Assembly (NCBI GenBank): GCA_030390025.1
Contig: JASTWF010000334.1
Location: forward strand, 248,001 to 312,000
Direction of reading: 5' to 3'
Length of the DNA stretch: 64,000 nt
Source of the DNA: Squalus acanthias
Lineage: Eukaryota
Part shown: piece after piece, positions 62,792 through 64,000 of the stretch
How the letters are laid out: each line of letters starts with the position of its first letter
How positions within the stretch are numbered: position 1 is the stretch's first letter
The notes under the pieces: model-generated
Told to the model about the DNA's origin: nothing
The model's input: only the letters and a program-made list of their open reading frames with translations
The model's database searches: none
Position numbers and translations under genes: made by a program

Positions 62792-64000
62792 TTACCACAT
62801 TCTCCCTCCATTTCGTAGCCGCTGGACGAGGGAGAGCCGCACCCGTTTGGGTTCTCGTAGCGATAGAGGGCCCCTAGCCCGTTTACCCGTCGCGGGCCGT
62901 GGACCAGAGTCCGAGTGATCCAGCCCGCTCTGTGAGGGGTCAGGACGATCCTGACTGTGTACTGGTGCCCGAACGGGTGTCAGGCAGGGCTGTGGCAGAT
63001 CCATTTCCGAGCGTATGGTATGGGGTGGATCGTGGCTGCGCGTGCGAGCCCCGACGGGCTCGTAGTCAGTCTGCCCCAGGTCGGCACGCTGGAGTGAGGT
63101 ACCAGCCGGCGTCAGATCCAGATCGTGATGAGAGGCACCTGGCGAGCCCAGAGATGTGCCTGGTACAATATCATCCCCTGGTGTCCCTCTATGTTTCGGC
63201 GGGCAGGGAGCCAGATCCCGCAATGACACGGTAGATTCCCGACCGTCAGGATACCGAATATAGGCGTAGGTAGGGTTGACGTCAGTGAGCTCAACCTCAT
63301 CTACCAGGGGGTCATTCTTAGACGCCCGGACATATCTTCGGAGTAGCACTGGTCCCGGTGCAGTCAGCCACGACGGGAGAGATATCCCATAGGATGAGCG
63401 ACGCTGAAATCGGAAGAACCGTTCATGAGGCGTCGTATTTGTGGCGGTCGAAAGGAGGGACCGTGTGGAGTGTAATGCGTCTGGAAGTACTGCTTCCCAT
63501 TGCTGGTTGGGTAGGCCCCGAGATCTCAAAGCCAGACGTACCGCATTCCAGATGATAGCGTTAAAACGCTCGACTTGCCCATTCCCGACCGGATGATAAG
63601 GCGTCGTTCTGCTGGCAGCAATACCCCGTTCCGAGAGATAGGCCTTGAGTTCTCCTGACATAAAAGAAGGGCCCCGATCCGAATGAACATAGGATGCCAT
63701 GCCACAGAAAGCAAATACCTGCTCAAGGCAGCTGATAACCGTGGTCGTCAGCATATTGGGGCAGGGAAAGGCAAACGGAAAACGGGAATACTCATCGACC
63801 ATGGTCAATAGATAAGTGTTGCGAGTTGAAGAGGGCAACGGCCCCTTAAAATCGATGCTAAGCCGTTGCATTGGCTGGGTCGCATGTATGAGTATACCAC
63901 CCGAGGGGCGGAAAAACTGAGGTTTCAATTCCGCACAGACTCTGCAGTCCGAGCACATCTTCTTTACATCCCCGGTAGAGAATGGGAGATTTCGGGACCG
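62792..64000 (-). CDS. Ty3/Gypsy pol, integrase domain (open, continues beyond the window)
   Basis: CRVC (end of HHCC), SIDFKGP, HSDRG and exactly 35 residues to the E of QVERFN (DD35E); no stops in the ORF; CpG-rich. Confidence 0.93.
   Translation of the reverse strand, partial: RSRNLPFSTGDVKKMCSDCRVCAELKPQFFRPSGGILIHATQPMQRLSIDFKGPLPSSTRNTYLLTMVDEYSRFPFAFPCPNMLTTTVISCLEQVFAFCGMASYVHSDRGPSFMSGELKAYLSERGIAASRTTPYHPVGNGQVERFNAIIWNAVRLALRSRGLPNQQWEAVLPDALHSTRSLLSTATNTTPHERFFRFQRRSSYGISLPSWLTAPGPVLLRRYVRASKNDPLVDEVELTDVNPTYAYIRYPDGRESTVSLRDLAPCPPKHRGTPGDDIVPGTSLGSPGASHHDLDLTPAGTSLQRADLGQTDYEPVGARTRSHDPPHTIRSEMDLPQPCLTPVRAPVHSQDRPDPSQSGLDHSDSGPRPATGKRARGPLSLREPKRVRLSLVQRLRNGGRMW

Overview
Vertebrate genomic DNA, most likely from a cartilaginous fish. 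This is inferred from the repeat content: dominant CR1 LINEs, Deu-domain SacSINE1-like SINEs and Penelope hairpins. The great majority of the window is repeat-derived. The only host gene I can support is missed by the ORF track: a spliced + strand C-type lectin with four coding exons (1690-1874, 23425-23565, 23654-23762, 34797-34870). Its first coding exon presumably lies upstream of the window. It has a six-Cys long-form CTLD with a QPD motif but a non-canonical WSN in place of WND. Its 21.5-kb intron is essentially one ~3-kb LINE inflated by nested CR1, PIF/Harbinger, hAT-MITE and Penelope insertions. Other highlights: (1) seven Penelope-related insertions carrying minimal hammerhead ribozyme motifs, several as fold-back hairpins with 12-15 bp target-site duplications (TSDs); (2) an ORF1-less LINE whose 5' end is a tRNA(Thr-AGT)-like Pol III head; (3) a 60-bp minisatellite built from ZNF143/NRF1-like promoter motifs; (4) two 7.5-8.4 kb arrays of the same 22-23 bp satellite in inverted orientation, with higher-order repeats; (5) a young Ty3/Gypsy element at the right edge. 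There are no prokaryotic features or CRISPR arrays. Boundaries and similarities were read by eye, and family names need Dfam/Repbase confirmation.
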